Assembly: GCA_965197475.1 (NCBI GenBank) | Contig: CBDANF010000003.1 | Span: 2,848,001 to 2,912,000, forward strand | Length of the DNA stretch: 64,000 nt | DNA from: Candidatus Poribacteria bacterium | GTDB lineage: Bacteria > Poribacteria > WGA-4E > WGA-3G | Direction of reading: 5' to 3' | Shown: piece by piece, positions 1 through 11,549 of the stretch | Layout: the number at the start of each line of letters is the position of its first letter | Numbering within the stretch: position 1 is the stretch's first letter | Position numbers and translations under genes: made by a program | Notes under the pieces: generated by a model | Told to the model about the DNA's origin: nothing | Database searches by the model: none | The model's input: only the letters and a program-made list of their open reading frames with translations

Positions 1-170
1 AAGGTTCACAAACAGAAGCATTGATCCGGGAATGCGGTGCGAGTTTGTTGTTTTTACCGCCGTATTCACCGGAGTTGAATCCGATTGAGAAAGATTTCGC
101 TAACATCAAGCGGATACGTCAATACAACGCTGAGACCTCTATTGATGATATTATAAAAGTGTATAAGTAA
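1..170 (+). mobile_element. IS630-family transposase, C-terminal end (runs off window)
   Basis: Frame 3 reads GASLLFLPPYSPELNPIEKDFANIK..., the IS630/Tc1 DDE motif; stop at 168-170. Confidence 0.85.
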
Positions 171-223
171 TTACAGGTTTTACTATAATAGACATAAGTT
201 GTAACAAACAAAAGGAGCAATAA

Positions 224-1366
224 ATGACCGCACCCCGTGTTATTTATCTTGGCATCAGAACTGAGAAATCAGCTGCCGAGGTCGGTGGCTGGTCTAAAGT
301 AGACCAGATGGGTTTTAGAGACGCTGTAATTTATGACACTGCAACCCGTAAATATCACAACTATACTAAATCAGAAGTTACGGATCTTATTGCTAAACTT
401 CAAGCTGCTGATCTTGTTGTCGGCTTTAGCCAGTTGAACTTTGACTATAAGGTATTATCCACATATACTGAAACAAACTTTGAGACACTACCGAATTTTG
501 ATATGCTTGACAAGATTGAACAAAACCTTAATTATCGCGTTTCACGTGACAATCTTGCACAAAATACGTTCAGTGGTACCAAAAACGAAAAAGCTTATCC
601 TAATGTTGTAGATCGAGTTGAAATCACTAAAAAACTATTCGCACATGCCTGTAGAGAAGGATATCTTCTGTACGAAAACAAACGTTTTGGAGGAAAGGAT
701 CGCTGCGATACTTCAAGTTGGGCAGAGACCGCAAGAAATCTAAGCCAAAGAAATAAGTTTTTGGCAGAAACAATGGCATTAAGCGAAAACAATATTTCTG
801 AAAATCCCAATAATTCTAACCCGAATGTCCCCACTCCACCTATTAACCCTTGGAAGGATAAGGTTGAAGTCAACATAAATTCACCCATCCCTAGGGATCG
901 CAAACATTCCGAGATAAAACCTCACAATTCAACAACAAGTCAAGTCAATATTGGAAACGAATCGGACATAAAAGAGTATCAACATATCGTAGGAGGTTCG
1001 GAAATTGCCGAAATCTCTAAAAAAACACAATTTACAGAAGTAGCTCGGCAAATTTATGATCAAACAAAGAACCGTCACGCGCGTGGAGTGGTTGCTTATA
1101 ACGAAATGGCTCGTTTGCATGGTTCTGTTATCTCTTTCCATCAGTTTATGGTAGCAATTGGACGAGTATCTAACTACCCCTCACCAAAGAATAATGCTGA
1201 AAAGTCAAGTTCCCGTTTAGAGTATCCTTCTGAGTATATTGAAGGATATGGCACTCTTGTGGGTAAACGTGAAAACGGTCGTATAGTTCAAATTTACAAG
1301 ATTCCACTCTGTAGAAGTGCTTATGCAGCGTGCATACAGTCAGGAAAAAGAGATGAAATGAGTTAA
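224..1366 (+). CDS. Hypothetical protein with N-terminal RNase H-like (YprB/DEDDh-like) domain, probably degenerate
   Basis: N-terminus (IYLGIRTEK...ADLVVGFSQLNFDY...DML) resembles RNase_H_2 proteins; RBS aaggag; low-complexity C-terminal half. Confidence 0.55.
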   Translation: MTAPRVIYLGIRTEKSAAEVGGWSKVDQMGFRDAVIYDTATRKYHNYTKSEVTDLIAKLQAADLVVGFSQLNFDYKVLSTYTETNFETLPNFDMLDKIEQNLNYRVSRDNLAQNTFSGTKNEKAYPNVVDRVEITKKLFAHACREGYLLYENKRFGGKDRCDTSSWAETARNLSQRNKFLAETMALSENNISENPNNSNPNVPTPPINPWKDKVEVNINSPIPRDRKHSEIKPHNSTTSQVNIGNESDIKEYQHIVGGSEIAEISKKTQFTEVARQIYDQTKNRHARGVVAYNEMARLHGSVISFHQFMVAIGRVSNYPSPKNNAEKSSSRLEYPSEYIEGYGTLVGKRENGRIVQIYKIPLCRSAYAACIQSGKRDEMS

Positions 1367-1557
1367 TTTGGATTCGCTCATTCAGAATATAAAGGAGGAA
1401 TTGGCCCGAGGCATTTAGTTCAACTGACAATTTGTGACTAAAATCTAAAACTAAAACAATGGCACAACTTAAATATACTGTACTGCCACCGGAAATTCGG
1501 GCCGCTCTCTAAGACAAGATTATGGTATAATATCCATCTCCTTGAAAGGAGTATCCG

Positions 1558-1848
1558 ATGGCGAAACGAAAACGAAGAAACTTCACCTCCGAGTTTAAAG
1601 CCGAAGTTGTTCTTGAGGCTCTCAGCGTTGAAAGTTCCCAAGCAGAAGTGTGTCGGCGACATAACCTCATCGATGAACAACTTTCAAAGTGGAAGCGACA
1701 GCTTCTTGAAAAAGCGGCGACCCTCTTTGAACCCGCTGATAAACAGTCTGATGCCTCTGCGGAGCGGATCGCCCAACTTGAGCAACTCGTTGGGCGGTTG
1801 ACCTTGGCACTTGACATCCAAAAAAAAGCCTCAACTTACTTGAGTTAG
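1558..1848 (+). CDS. IS3 OrfA (HTH)
   Basis: RRNFTSEFKAEVV HTH_Tnp_1 pattern; A-run CAAAAAAAAG near the 3' end (possible -1 frameshift site). Confidence 0.9.
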   Translation: MAKRKRRNFTSEFKAEVVLEALSVESSQAEVCRRHNLIDEQLSKWKRQLLEKAATLFEPADKQSDASAERIAQLEQLVGRLTLALDIQKKASTYLS

Positions 1849-1853
1849 CCTCG

Positions 1854-2684
1854 ATGGAGCAGCGAGAAATGGTTACGGCATTACGGACAGACTTTTCGGT
1901 TCGGCAGATATGTGAGACACTCGGTTTCAACCGAAGCAACCTCTATTATCACTCCAAGCAGGCCCCGTGTGAAGCGGGCCTCCAGGATGAAATAGAGACG
2001 TTATCTTTGCTATATCCAACATACGGATATAGGCGTCCCACACAGTTGTTGGTGCGTAGCGGATACACCATCGGGTATAAACGTGTTGCCCGATTGATGA
2101 AGTCCGCCAACCTCTCGGTTTCTGTCAAGCGTGTCTGTCAAACCACGACATCCGTTGCGGGTGTGCGTCCCTGGAGCAATCGCCTTGAAAACCTTGATGT
2201 CTCCCGATGTAATCAGGTCTGGGTGGGCGATATTACCTACGTCCGCCTCAAAGGACACTTTATCTATGTTTGTCTGCTCATGGATGTCTTCACTCGCATG
2301 ATCAGAGGGTGGCATATCAGTCAACACTTGACGCAATCTCTGACGTTGAAACCCTTGGAGACAGCATTATGTCAAAGTGTCCCAGAGATCCATCATTCTG
2401 ATCAAGGCGTTCAATATCTTTCAAATGCGTCCATCTCACTGCTTAGGCATCATGGGATTGAGATTTCAGTCGCCCGGAGAGGGTGTCCTTGGGAGAACGG
2501 ATATGCTGAAAGACTTATCCGCACGCTCAAGGAAGAAGAAGTTCATCTCAATGACTATGAGGACATCCACGAAGCAAGAACCCACATTGGGCATTTTATT
2601 ACACAAGTGTATAATCACAAACGCCCTCACTCTGCGTTAGGGTATTTGACACCTGTGGAATTTGAGCAAAAAAACTTGTCTTAA
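1854..2684 (+). CDS. IS3 OrfB integrase-core transposase
   Basis: WVGDITY, HHSDQGVQY, ENGYAER, YNHKRPHSALGY motifs. Confidence 0.93.
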   Translation: MEQREMVTALRTDFSVRQICETLGFNRSNLYYHSKQAPCEAGLQDEIETLSLLYPTYGYRRPTQLLVRSGYTIGYKRVARLMKSANLSVSVKRVCQTTTSVAGVRPWSNRLENLDVSRCNQVWVGDITYVRLKGHFIYVCLLMDVFTRMIRGWHISQHLTQSLTLKPLETALCQSVPEIHHSDQGVQYLSNASISLLRHHGIEISVARRGCPWENGYAERLIRTLKEEEVHLNDYEDIHEARTHIGHFITQVYNHKRPHSALGYLTPVEFEQKNLS

Positions 2685-2761
2685 CTTTGCTAAATTTTGG
2701 TCTGAATAAACGGTAGCACTTCATGTTGAGACTCAGCAAGTCAAGCAAAAGGAGAAAAACA

Positions 2762-3634
2762 ATGGAACTTCGTATAGAAAAGTTCTTAACTTTATTTATG
2801 ATCGCGATTATATTCCTCGCGGGTTGTTCTGGATGTGGTCAAAAACCCACGCCACAGGCACCGATTGAGCAATCGCCGGAGGTGTCTAAAACACCAACCC
2901 CTGTCATAGAAACCTCTAAACCGGTAAAAAAGGTAGAAACACCGGTGGGTACGCCCAAACTGGATAACGCACTTGATGCTGCGAAAAAAGCCAAACTGAA
3001 AGCATTGACTGCAACAAAAGGATTATCAGCTGATGAACGCCGTAGAAGAAGGATCGAGATTCTCATAGAGGGACTAGACGACATGGCAGCAGCGCGTATC
3101 TGTGTTAGCAACAAGTCATGGAAAGCAGCGCGTCCCTATCTTGATAAAGCACTCGCGGAGAACCCGAATGACTTTGAAACCATGCTGTTCTGGGCGGAAA
3201 ATGCTGTATCAACGCTTGAGAACGAATTAGATTATACACTTAATCGAAAAAAGGTAGAGGTCCTTCGGCATCTATATGAAATGAATCCAAATCACCACAG
3301 AGTGTTATATGGCTTAGGGCGGAGTATCCATAATGCGTACCCTAAAGAAGCCCTCGGATACGTACAAAAGGCATTTGAACTTGAACCGAAGCACTACGCA
3401 AATTTCCCTCTCCTTGCCAAATGTTATATGAAAACCGGGCAGTATGAAAAGGCGTTAGTGGAGTATCAAAGGATCTTTAAATCCGCAGGCACAAATGTGC
3501 CCCCCGATGTTTTGGCTGGATTTTACCACATCCACCGGATACTTGAGCTAAAAGACGATGTTTACCGTGAGCAGTATGAGAAAAACCAAAAACGGTGGCA
3601 TATGGAAACACGCAAACGCCTGGGATTGGAGTAA
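2762..3634 (+). CDS. TPR-containing lipoprotein
   Basis: RBS aaggag; lipobox LAGC; TPR-like helices (ALAENPNDF, AFELEPK). Confidence 0.75.
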   Translation: MELRIEKFLTLFMIAIIFLAGCSGCGQKPTPQAPIEQSPEVSKTPTPVIETSKPVKKVETPVGTPKLDNALDAAKKAKLKALTATKGLSADERRRRRIEILIEGLDDMAAARICVSNKSWKAARPYLDKALAENPNDFETMLFWAENAVSTLENELDYTLNRKKVEVLRHLYEMNPNHHRVLYGLGRSIHNAYPKEALGYVQKAFELEPKHYANFPLLAKCYMKTGQYEKALVEYQRIFKSAGTNVPPDVLAGFYHIHRILELKDDVYREQYEKNQKRWHMETRKRLGLE

Positions 3635-3734
3635 TATTGATACAGACACTGCGTGATCGAACGACAAACACTCACAAACCATTGTACGAATCAAGGAAAA
3701 AATCAATGAATCGTAAATATCTTGAGGGTATTGC

Positions 3735-4463
3735 CTAACTAATGATATTCATGGTTTCCATTCCGCTAAGTTTTAAAATGTCAAACACGTCTCCATTAAC
3801 ACGAAATCGTGCGAACAAGGCAATCGTTAGGTTCACCATCTCCACACTTTTTGAAACAATAATGGACGGACGTTTGAACCGGCCGAACCAGTGCCGCATC
3901 AAGCAATTGTTGCGTTCAATGCGATGTGTCTCCGCCTTCGTTTGAACATGTTTTGAAGCAGGTAGGATGGATTCGTCCACCTGCCACTTGTCGGTGTAGG
4001 ACATTTTGACATTCAAGGCTTTGAGGCGATGCGTCAGTTTTTCAAGGGTTTCTGTGTTGCGTCCGCCGCATTGCCAATCTATGAGGTATCCTGTGTTCCT
4101 GTCAAGTGCTTTCCATATCCAAAGTTTGTTTTTCTTCTTTCCGATATAATGCCACATTTCATCAAGCTTCAAAACTACGGTGGATCCGGGTGAAAATGTC
4201 CGTTTCGGGGCGTGTTTTTTCGCATAGGAGCGTCCCCATTTGAGAACAGTTGTTACATGAATGTTGAAGAGTTTTGAGATAGCATTCATTGAAATACCGT
4301 GGCAGTCCAAGAGCAGAGCGAGGGTTTTATGTGTCTGGGGTTTACCTCGTGGTGTTTTGCGTGTGAATTGATAGTGGCAACTTGGACATTTATAGCGTTG
4401 TTTTGCGTTGACGAACCCGTTTTTGACGAAGTGAATATGTTGACATCTTGGACACGCTTTCAT
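3735..4463 (-). CDS. IS1-family transposase (single ORF)
   Basis: CPRC...CPSC Zn ribbon, LDEMWHY, TDKW, IERNN; RBS aggagga before MKACPRC. Confidence 0.88.
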   Translation of the reverse strand: MKACPRCQHIHFVKNGFVNAKQRYKCPSCHYQFTRKTPRGKPQTHKTLALLLDCHGISMNAISKLFNIHVTTVLKWGRSYAKKHAPKRTFSPGSTVVLKLDEMWHYIGKKKNKLWIWKALDRNTGYLIDWQCGGRNTETLEKLTHRLKALNVKMSYTDKWQVDESILPASKHVQTKAETHRIERNNCLMRHWFGRFKRPSIIVSKSVEMVNLTIALFARFRVNGDVFDILKLSGMETMNIIS

Positions 4464-4610
4464 GGTATCCTCCTGTGAGTAGAAATGAGTTGTTTCAATG
4501 AGGATACAGGTTTTAGGCATATAAGTCAATGAAAATCAGTCTGATTTTTTCATTGACAACTCTCGTTATAAGTCTGATATTTATCAAAATTCTTCATATG
4601 TCAATGTTTA

Positions 4611-5765
4611 TCAATGTTTTCTTGGTATTTGTTCATGAAAATGCTCGCTGAGATCAGACAGCATCTGCCTCTGTCCTGAAAGTTCAAGTTGTCCTTGATG
4701 AAAGGTTTTTCGCACGGAGCGACTGACCTGCTGTATCAAAAGGTAGCTCATCACTTTCACACCTAAGTTCACATACGCGCCATTCCGTCCTTTTAGGCTC
4801 ATGGATGCAAGGTTTAGGTCTGTTTTTAGATACCGCCAATACTGTTCTATACCGTGGTGTTGAGACCATATCCGTAGGATTTCACACGCACGCAGCGGTT
4901 TCCCGAATACGAGCATTGTTCGGACTTTGCCACGGTCTGCAAAGAACAACACCACTACTTTTCCAAAAGTTGGACTTGTGGCTTTAGTCCGATAGACCGG
5001 TTTATCGCACCCCCATTGATTGGAAAGGAGTTGGATCGACTTTTTATGTTCCGAGAGTTTCGCCCTTTTTTCATCAATCGTCATCACATAGTTGCTTTTT
5101 CCGTGCACAAGGATCGTTTCAAATCCCATTTCTCGCAAGGTGTCAATCAAGTGGCGGCTACCATACCACGCATCGAAGGTGATCGGATAGTTTCGGATAT
5201 CTATTCCGGTCCCTTCAAAGAAAGACAAGATTTCCTTGAACATAGTGATGACACAGGAGGGTTTATCCGTATTCCCGCGTCCTTGTTTGCTGATCAGTCG
5301 CATATTCAGGGGAATGATCCGTTTTCCAATCTTTAGGACGATCCCCAATATATTTTGCCCCTTCATCGGCTGTTTTGCTTGAGAAGACCACCAATTGGAT
5401 GTGTAGGCGAGACCCTCTCCATAGCGGAAAAGAAAGGTATCATCCACACTGATGACGATACACAGACGCGATAGAGAAGCAGCACTTTTTGATACTGCCT
5501 CCTGTAGCACCTCTAACGCAATAGAACACCCGATACGCACAAAAAGATGCTGCCAGAGATAAAGACTCATCGTGTTCAGTTCCCGATATAGCCTCGTTTT
5601 CGGAATAGACAACGCATCCGCCACTTGATTCGGGTTAGTGAGCCCAAACAGATGGCAGGTTGACAAAAACACTAAGGTATTAACAAAATGCTGTTTCAAG
5701 GTCTGAAACTGTGAAGATAGAAGTTCTTGAAAAAAAGTGGTAGATTTGATAATCTGAGTTAGCAT
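4611..5765 (-). CDS. DDE transposase (IS4 superfamily)
   Basis: SVDDT, FDAWY, W...IEQYWRYLK motifs; RBS aggagga before MLTQ. Confidence 0.85.
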   Translation of the reverse strand: MLTQIIKSTTFFQELLSSQFQTLKQHFVNTLVFLSTCHLFGLTNPNQVADALSIPKTRLYRELNTMSLYLWQHLFVRIGCSIALEVLQEAVSKSAASLSRLCIVISVDDTFLFRYGEGLAYTSNWWSSQAKQPMKGQNILGIVLKIGKRIIPLNMRLISKQGRGNTDKPSCVITMFKEILSFFEGTGIDIRNYPITFDAWYGSRHLIDTLREMGFETILVHGKSNYVMTIDEKRAKLSEHKKSIQLLSNQWGCDKPVYRTKATSPTFGKVVVLFFADRGKVRTMLVFGKPLRACEILRIWSQHHGIEQYWRYLKTDLNLASMSLKGRNGAYVNLGVKVMSYLLIQQVSRSVRKTFHQGQLELSGQRQMLSDLSEHFHEQIPRKH

Positions 5766-5780
5766 GAGATATCCTCCTAA

Positions 5781-7025
5781 TGTACTGCCACCGGAAATTC
5801 GGGCCACTCTCTAAGACAAGATTATGGTATAATATCCATCTCCTTGAAAGGAGTATCCGATGGCGAAACGAAAACGAAGAAACTTCACCCCCGAGTTTAA
5901 AGCCGAAGTTGTTCTTGAGGCTCTCAGCGTTGAAAGTTCCCAAGCAGAAGTGTGTCGGCGACATAACCTCATCGATGAACAACTTTCAAAGTGGAAGCGA
6001 CAGCTTCTTGAAAAAGCGGCGACCCTCTTTGAACCCGCTGATAAACAGTCTGATGCCTCTGCGGAGCGGATCGCCCAACTTGAGCAACTCGTTGGGCGGT
6101 TGACCTTGGCACTTGACATCCAAAAAAAAGCCTCAACTTACTTGAGTTAGCCTCGATGGAGCAGCGAGAAATGGTTACGGCATTACGGACAGACTTTTCG
6201 GTTCGGCAGATATGTGAGACACTCGGTTTCAACCGAAGCAACCTCTATTATCACTCCAAGCAGGCCCCGTGTGAAGCGGGCCTCCAGGATGAAATAGAGA
6301 CGTTATCTTTGCTATATCCAACATACGGATATAGGCGTCCCACACAGTTGTTGGTGCGTAGCGGATACACCATCGGGTATAAACGTGTTGCCCGATTGAT
6401 GAAGTCCGCCAACCTCTCGGTTTCTGTCAAGCGTGTCTGTCAAACCACGACATCCGTTGCGGGTGTGCGTCCCTGGAGCAATCGCCTTGAAAACCTTGAT
6501 GTCTCCCGATGTAATCAGGTCTGGGTGGGCGATATTACCTACGTCCGCCTCAAAGGACACTTTATCTATGTTTGTCTGCTCATGGATGTCTTCACTCGCA
6601 TGATCAGAGGGTGGCATATCAGTCAACACTTGACGCAATCTCTGACGTTGAAACCCTTGGAGACAGCATTATGTCAAAGTGTCCCAGAGATCCATCATTC
6701 TGATCAAGGCGTTCAATATCTTTCAAATGCGTCCATCTCACTGCTTAGGCATCATGGGATTAAGATTTCAGTCGCCCGGAGAGGGTGTCCTTGGGAGAAC
6801 GGATATGCTGAAAGACTTATCCGCACGCTCAAGGAAGAAGAAGTTCATCTCAATGACTATGAGGACATCCACGAAGCAAGAACCCGCATTGGGCATTTTA
6901 TTACACAAGTGTATAATCACAAACGCCCTCACTCTGCGTTAGGGTATTTGACACCTGTGGAATTTGAGCAAAAAAACTTGTCTTAACTTTGCTAAATTTT
7001 GGTCTGAATAAACGGTAGCACTTCA
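5781..7025 (+). mobile_element. IS3-family element, copy 2, nested in the IS4-like element
   Basis: Same IRs as copy 1; 3-bp TSD TAA; orfA 5860-6150, orfB 6156-6986. Confidence 0.93.
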
Positions 7026-7269
7026 TAATGTTTGTTTATATTCAAATCTGTAATTAGGATGCTATCTCATGCTATAAAAGTCAAGGAAAATGGACACAGC
7101 AAAAACGCATTTTCATGGTGCTATACCTTGTTTCTATTGATTATTATTAGGTTCAAGACTATTCTGAGAAATATCAGTAAGTGTTATCATTACCGCAACT
7201 GAAATATGATGCAGCGCAGTTCAGAGGGTATCCCGCTAATTCTTGCATCATTATTTAACCAATACCCTC

Positions 7270-7590
7270 AAGAAAGATACTTGGTTGTATATGACAGCTA
7301 CCTACGATGGGGTGGATACCTTTAAAATCTATGAAAATGGAACAGAGTTCACTTCAGTCGGTGGTTTCGGCGGTCCTCCGCCCAGGGATACATCGGAAGT
7401 CAACATCGGTGGTTGGACGAACAACACTACAGAAACTCTTAACGGTATGCTCTATGATGTCGCGATTTTCAACGTCGCGCTGTCCGAGGAGGATATAAAC
7501 TCTTTGATGGACAAAGGTATTGCAGGGTTACTGCCAGTTGAGCCTGCTGGTAAACTTGCAACTACATGGGGAACTATCAAATCTCGGTAA
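7270..7590 (+). pseudogene. LamG-like jellyroll protein, 5'-truncated at the IS1 end
   Basis: WLYMTATYDG...IYENG...IGG...GMLYDVAIFNVAL and C-terminal VEPAGKLATTWGTIKSR; no N-terminus. Confidence 0.8.
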
Positions 7591-7611
7591 TATACGCTTC
7601 CTTTTCCAATT

Positions 7612-7639
7612 AGGGCGTAATGTTTTTGTGTTACGCCCT
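7612..7639 (+). terminator. Hairpin after the LamG fragment
   Basis: agggcgtaa...ttacgccct 9-bp stem. Confidence 0.5.
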
Positions 7640-7885
7640 CCCTCCAATCCTTAGTTTCAAATTAGATCATAAAGACATACCAAATCATCCCTTCGAAACC
7701 AACGCTATATTTAAGATGAAAGAAGAACACCGCGTTGAAATCCTATAAGTACATTTCTGATCACCCAATCTGGCTGCACCGCAGAACTTTGTGTCTCTCG
7801 AATCGGTGTGCCAATAGATGTTCCTGCATCATTGTGTGAGATAGCAGATTGACTACACATTCTTTGAAAAACAATCAAATCGTAT

Positions 7886-10122
7886 ATGGAGATGGCTATG
7901 GCAAAATTACCGAACATTTTACTTATTCTCGCTGACGATCACGGGTATGGCGATATCTCGGCGCACGACGGACCGTCAATTCAAACACCACATATTGATA
8001 GGATTGCTGCACAGGGAACGCGTTTTACGCAATTCTATGCGAATTCTTCTGTTTGTTCCCCAAGCCGTGCATCCCTCATGACTGGACGCTATCCTGATAG
8101 AGCGGGTGTCCCCGGGGTGATTCGCACCCATGCACAGAACAACTGGGGTTACTTTCGACAAGACGCTATCACGTTGCCTTCAATGTTAAAACAGAAAGAT
8201 TATCGCACATCGCTCATCGGAAAATGGCATTTGGGGCTTGAAGATGAGAATCACCCGTGCAAACGAGGTTTTGACCATTTTCACGGTTTCCTCGGTGATA
8301 TGATGGACGATTATTACATGCATCTACGACATCAAAATAACTATATGCGGCACGGTTTTGACACGATCGATCCGAGGGGGCACGCCACTGACCTCTTTAC
8401 GGACTGGAGCGTGGACTTTATTCGAACAGGACTTACGCAGTTTTGAAGATTATTGAAGGATTAGAGAGTTGATGTCGTCCGTAATCATCCAATAAACTTT
8501 GTTTGAGTTCGTAAATCGTTTGAGTGATTTTCCGGGCAGCACGCTTCAAGCAGACCCAGACCTGGAAACAACACGCAATATGGTTTCGTTGGGCACGCAG
8601 TTTGCGGCATTGACATTTGTCAATACCGGTTAATTGTTTGATTTCACGATGAAGTTGCTCAATCTTCCAGCGAACCCGACACTGTTGTTTTGTCGCTTTC
8701 GCATCCGATTGAGATAAATCGTTTGTCACAATATATTCCGTGCGTCCTGTATCAGACACAATCCGGAACAACTTCACTTGATACCCTTTTGGAAACCTTT
8801 TGATATGCACGCGTTTGCCTTGTGTCGTTTCTGATGGAGACCAAGATAAATCTTTTTACTTGCTGGTGCGGTTCAACACCATCCGTATCATTTACAAGCC
8901 TGTTTCGTTTCAGGGGCGCATAGTAGACCTTGGAAAGTGCCGCAATCGCTTTCATTACTTTCATGGATACATACCAAGCATCCATTAGCACTGTCCGAAA
9001 CGAGAGTTGTTTCTTGAAGTAAGCATCGTGCAACATATCAAGTAAATGATCAATTTTGGATTTACCATCAGGGTCTTTGTCAAAAATGCGGTAATCAATG
9101 ATCCAATACTCGTGTGTCTTTGGGTTAACATAGACACACGTGACAATACCGATGCCTTCAATGACCTTTTTGTCGCTACCACTCCATTGAGGGTAGGCAG
9201 CTTCAATCAGTTTTGAATATATTTTTGACAGCACAACATCGTCAAAGATAAGGTATCCATCTTTATCAAACGCAATGTCGTCTTTGACAGATTCCCAGAG
9301 TTCGCTTGAAGGAATGTTTTCGTTTCTCAGGAAACGATTGAGTTGATCATGGCTCCACTTCTCCGTATGGTTTGCAAAATAGGTTTGTGTAAAATTAGTG
9401 AAACTCGCTAACAAAAATTGACAATAATCAGAAAATAAGTGGTGCTTCTTTTTAGAAAGTGTAAATGTAGTCATAATAGAACAGTATAACATAATTGTAG
9501 ATTATTGCGTAAGTCCTGTCGAACTCACGCACATACATCTCATCCTTTTTTCCTCTATCTTGCATATAACGCACCGCATACACCAATTCAACCGCCTGAA
9601 GATTGGATCGAACGCGTGAGGGAACGTGAACTGGACATTTCACCCCAGCGTGCCAAATACGTGGCACTCGTTGAGCACATGGATGCGGGTATCGGAAGGG
9701 TACTTGATACGCTTGAGGAAACTGATCAGCTTTCCAATACGCTTGTAATCTACACATCAGATAATGGAGGAGCGATGCAGGTCGGTGCACATAACGGTCC
9801 GCTACGCGGGCAAAAAGGTGAGATGTACGAAGGCGGGATCCGAGTGCCTACGTGTGCTATGTGGCAAGGGCAGATACCAGAAGGACATGTTACGGATCAG
9901 GTAGCGATGCTTATGGATATCTTTCCAACGCTATGCGAGGTAGTTGATGTTCCTATCAAACACGAAATTGAGGGACGTTCAATTTGGCAAACGCTTCAAG
10001 GCGAAGAACAGGATTTCTCCGAACGCCTCCTTTATTGGTTGCGGAGAGAGGGAGGACAACAGTTTCACGGTCAGTGTCAACATGCCATTCGGCGTGGCGA
10101 TATAAAGTTACGCAATGAGTAG
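7886..10122 (+). pseudogene. Sulfatase split by IS701 and 3'-truncated
   Basis: LADDHGYGD, CSPSRASLMTGRYP, GKWHLG, then after the IS PFFLYLAYNAPH, SDNG, YEGGIRVP; stops just before the IS1595 gene. Confidence 0.9.
8427..9518 (-). mobile_element. IS701-family element with frameshifted transposase (9492..8433)
   Basis: TIR CAGGACTTACGCA at both ends; 5-bp TSD TCGAA; FDD, DAWY, RWKIEQLHREIKQ split over two frames. Confidence 0.9.
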
Positions 10123-10227
10123 TTTTGGACTTGAGAAAAATTTTAAAAAATCGCTATAAAGCCTTGTGTCCACTGGGTTTATATGGTATAATATAGATAA
10201 GAAAATAGGGGGTTGGTAGCCCCCTAA

Positions 10228-11211
10228 ATGAACACAAAAAGCGAGTTGCTTTTTGACGGTTCTAATCTTATCTGGTATTATATCAGAAATCCGTCAGAAA
10301 AAGCAACTCCTATTTCAAGGAGTTATCTGATGGATTTGTTGAAGGTGATGGAGCGTTTTCCCGATCAAGAGAGTTGTATTTCGCATTTAGAGAAGATTCG
10401 GTGGCGAGGTAAACCTGTGTGTCCGCATTGTGAAAGCGATCATATAGGAGAACGGACAGAAACAGAAATCGGTCGTATCGGTCGTTGGAACTGCCACGAG
10501 TGCCAAGTGAGTTTCAAGGTGACGTGCAGGTCGGTGTTTCACGGGACAAAGATAGCGTTACAGAAGTGGTTTTTGGCTATTTCGTTGATAACGAATGCGA
10601 AGAAAAGTTTGTCAAGTCATCAACTTGCGCGCGATTTAGACTTGAATCAAAAGACAGCATGGTATATCATGACTCGTATCCGTGCTGAAATGGCAAAGAA
10701 AGGTAACGTGCTACTACAAGGCATCATAGAGGCAGATGAAACTTACATCGGGGGTAAACCTCGTAAGCCTAATAAGAAGGAAGACCACGTGCCTGCCAAG
10801 CGTGGACGTGGAACAGAGAAAGACGCTATTATCGGGGCAGTACAGCGGGGCGGGAAAGTTGTAGCACAACTCGCTAAAGATTTGACAGGACGGACTATTT
10901 TAGACTTTATCCGAAGAGTCGTCAAAGTTGAGGATTCGGAGTTGATGACCGATGAGTATAAGGCGTATCTCGCTATCGGCAAGGAGATGAAACACCATAT
11001 CATAGATCATCAAACGCAATTTGTTGAGGGTGATGTCCACACAAACACAATTGAGGGGTTTTGGAGTCTACTCAAACGAGCTTGGTATGGAAGTCATCAC
11101 CACTACTGGACTGAATATACGCCCCTGTATGTAGCAGAGGCGTGCTATAAATACAACTATAGGAGCATTGACAGTATCTTTGATAAGTTTGTTAATGAAA
11201 GTATGCGGTGA
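10228..11211 (+). mobile_element. IS1595-family transposase (true start may be ~10330)
   Basis: CPHC...CHEC Zn ribbon, IEADETYIGG, TDEY, HTNTIEGFWSLLKR; element ends not identified. Confidence 0.9.
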
Positions 11212-11220
11212 TGGACACAA

Positions 11221-11493
11221 CTAAAGGTATGCCTTATCAATCTTGTTCTTTTTGTCATCAGGATTTGAGGGAAAATGCTGTGGAAGTTCAAAAGTTGGCT
11301 TTCCATCTTTCAGAGCATCGATCATGTCAAGAGCAAATTCCAACCTCTCATTGTCCGTGTCAAAAGGTTTCTGAATCACTACGCGAAAATTTGTATCAAG
11401 TTTTACAAGGGCGAGTTCTACAAAACTCTCTGTATGTAAGGCTAAAAGTGAAAAATCAACAGGATCGGAAGGCGGCTTGAATATTACCCACAT
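11221..11493 (-). CDS. Hypothetical protein (possible IS1595 passenger)
   Basis: 90-aa ORF with RBS aaggag. Confidence 0.5.
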   Translation of the reverse strand: MWVIFKPPSDPVDFSLLALHTESFVELALVKLDTNFRVVIQKPFDTDNERLEFALDMIDALKDGKPTFELPQHFPSNPDDKKNKIDKAYL

Positions 11494-11549
11494 GGGTTTA
11501 GTCTCCTTTGGGGTTAGAGGGGACAGAGTCCCCTCGTTGGTTGGAATTG

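Larger units (their letters stand above)
1479..2723 (+). mobile_element. IS3-family element, copy 1 (1245 bp)
   Basis: TG...CA ends, imperfect IRs TGTACTGCCACCGGAAATTC / TGAAGTGCTACCGTTTATTC; orfA+orfB; near-identical to 5781-7025; no TSD seen. Confidence 0.93.
4574..7177 (-). mobile_element. IS4-superfamily (IS701/ISH3-like) element inserted in IS1 copy 1
   Basis: IRs CTGATATTTATCAAAAT / CTGATATTTCTCAGAAT; 5-bp TSD TAAGT at 4569-4573 and 7178-7182. Confidence 0.85.
3724..7269 (-). mobile_element. IS1-family element, copy 1, interrupted by two nested IS
   Basis: IRs GAGGGTATTGCCTAACTAATGAT / GAGGGTATTGGTTAAATAATGAT; 3724-4573 plus 7183-7269 reconstitute the copy at 52307-53138. Confidence 0.88.

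Noticed and set aside
1479-7025. Composite transposon bounded by the two IS3 copies
   Set aside because: Copy 2 has its own TAA TSD inside another IS and the outer flanks do not match, so the insertions were independent.
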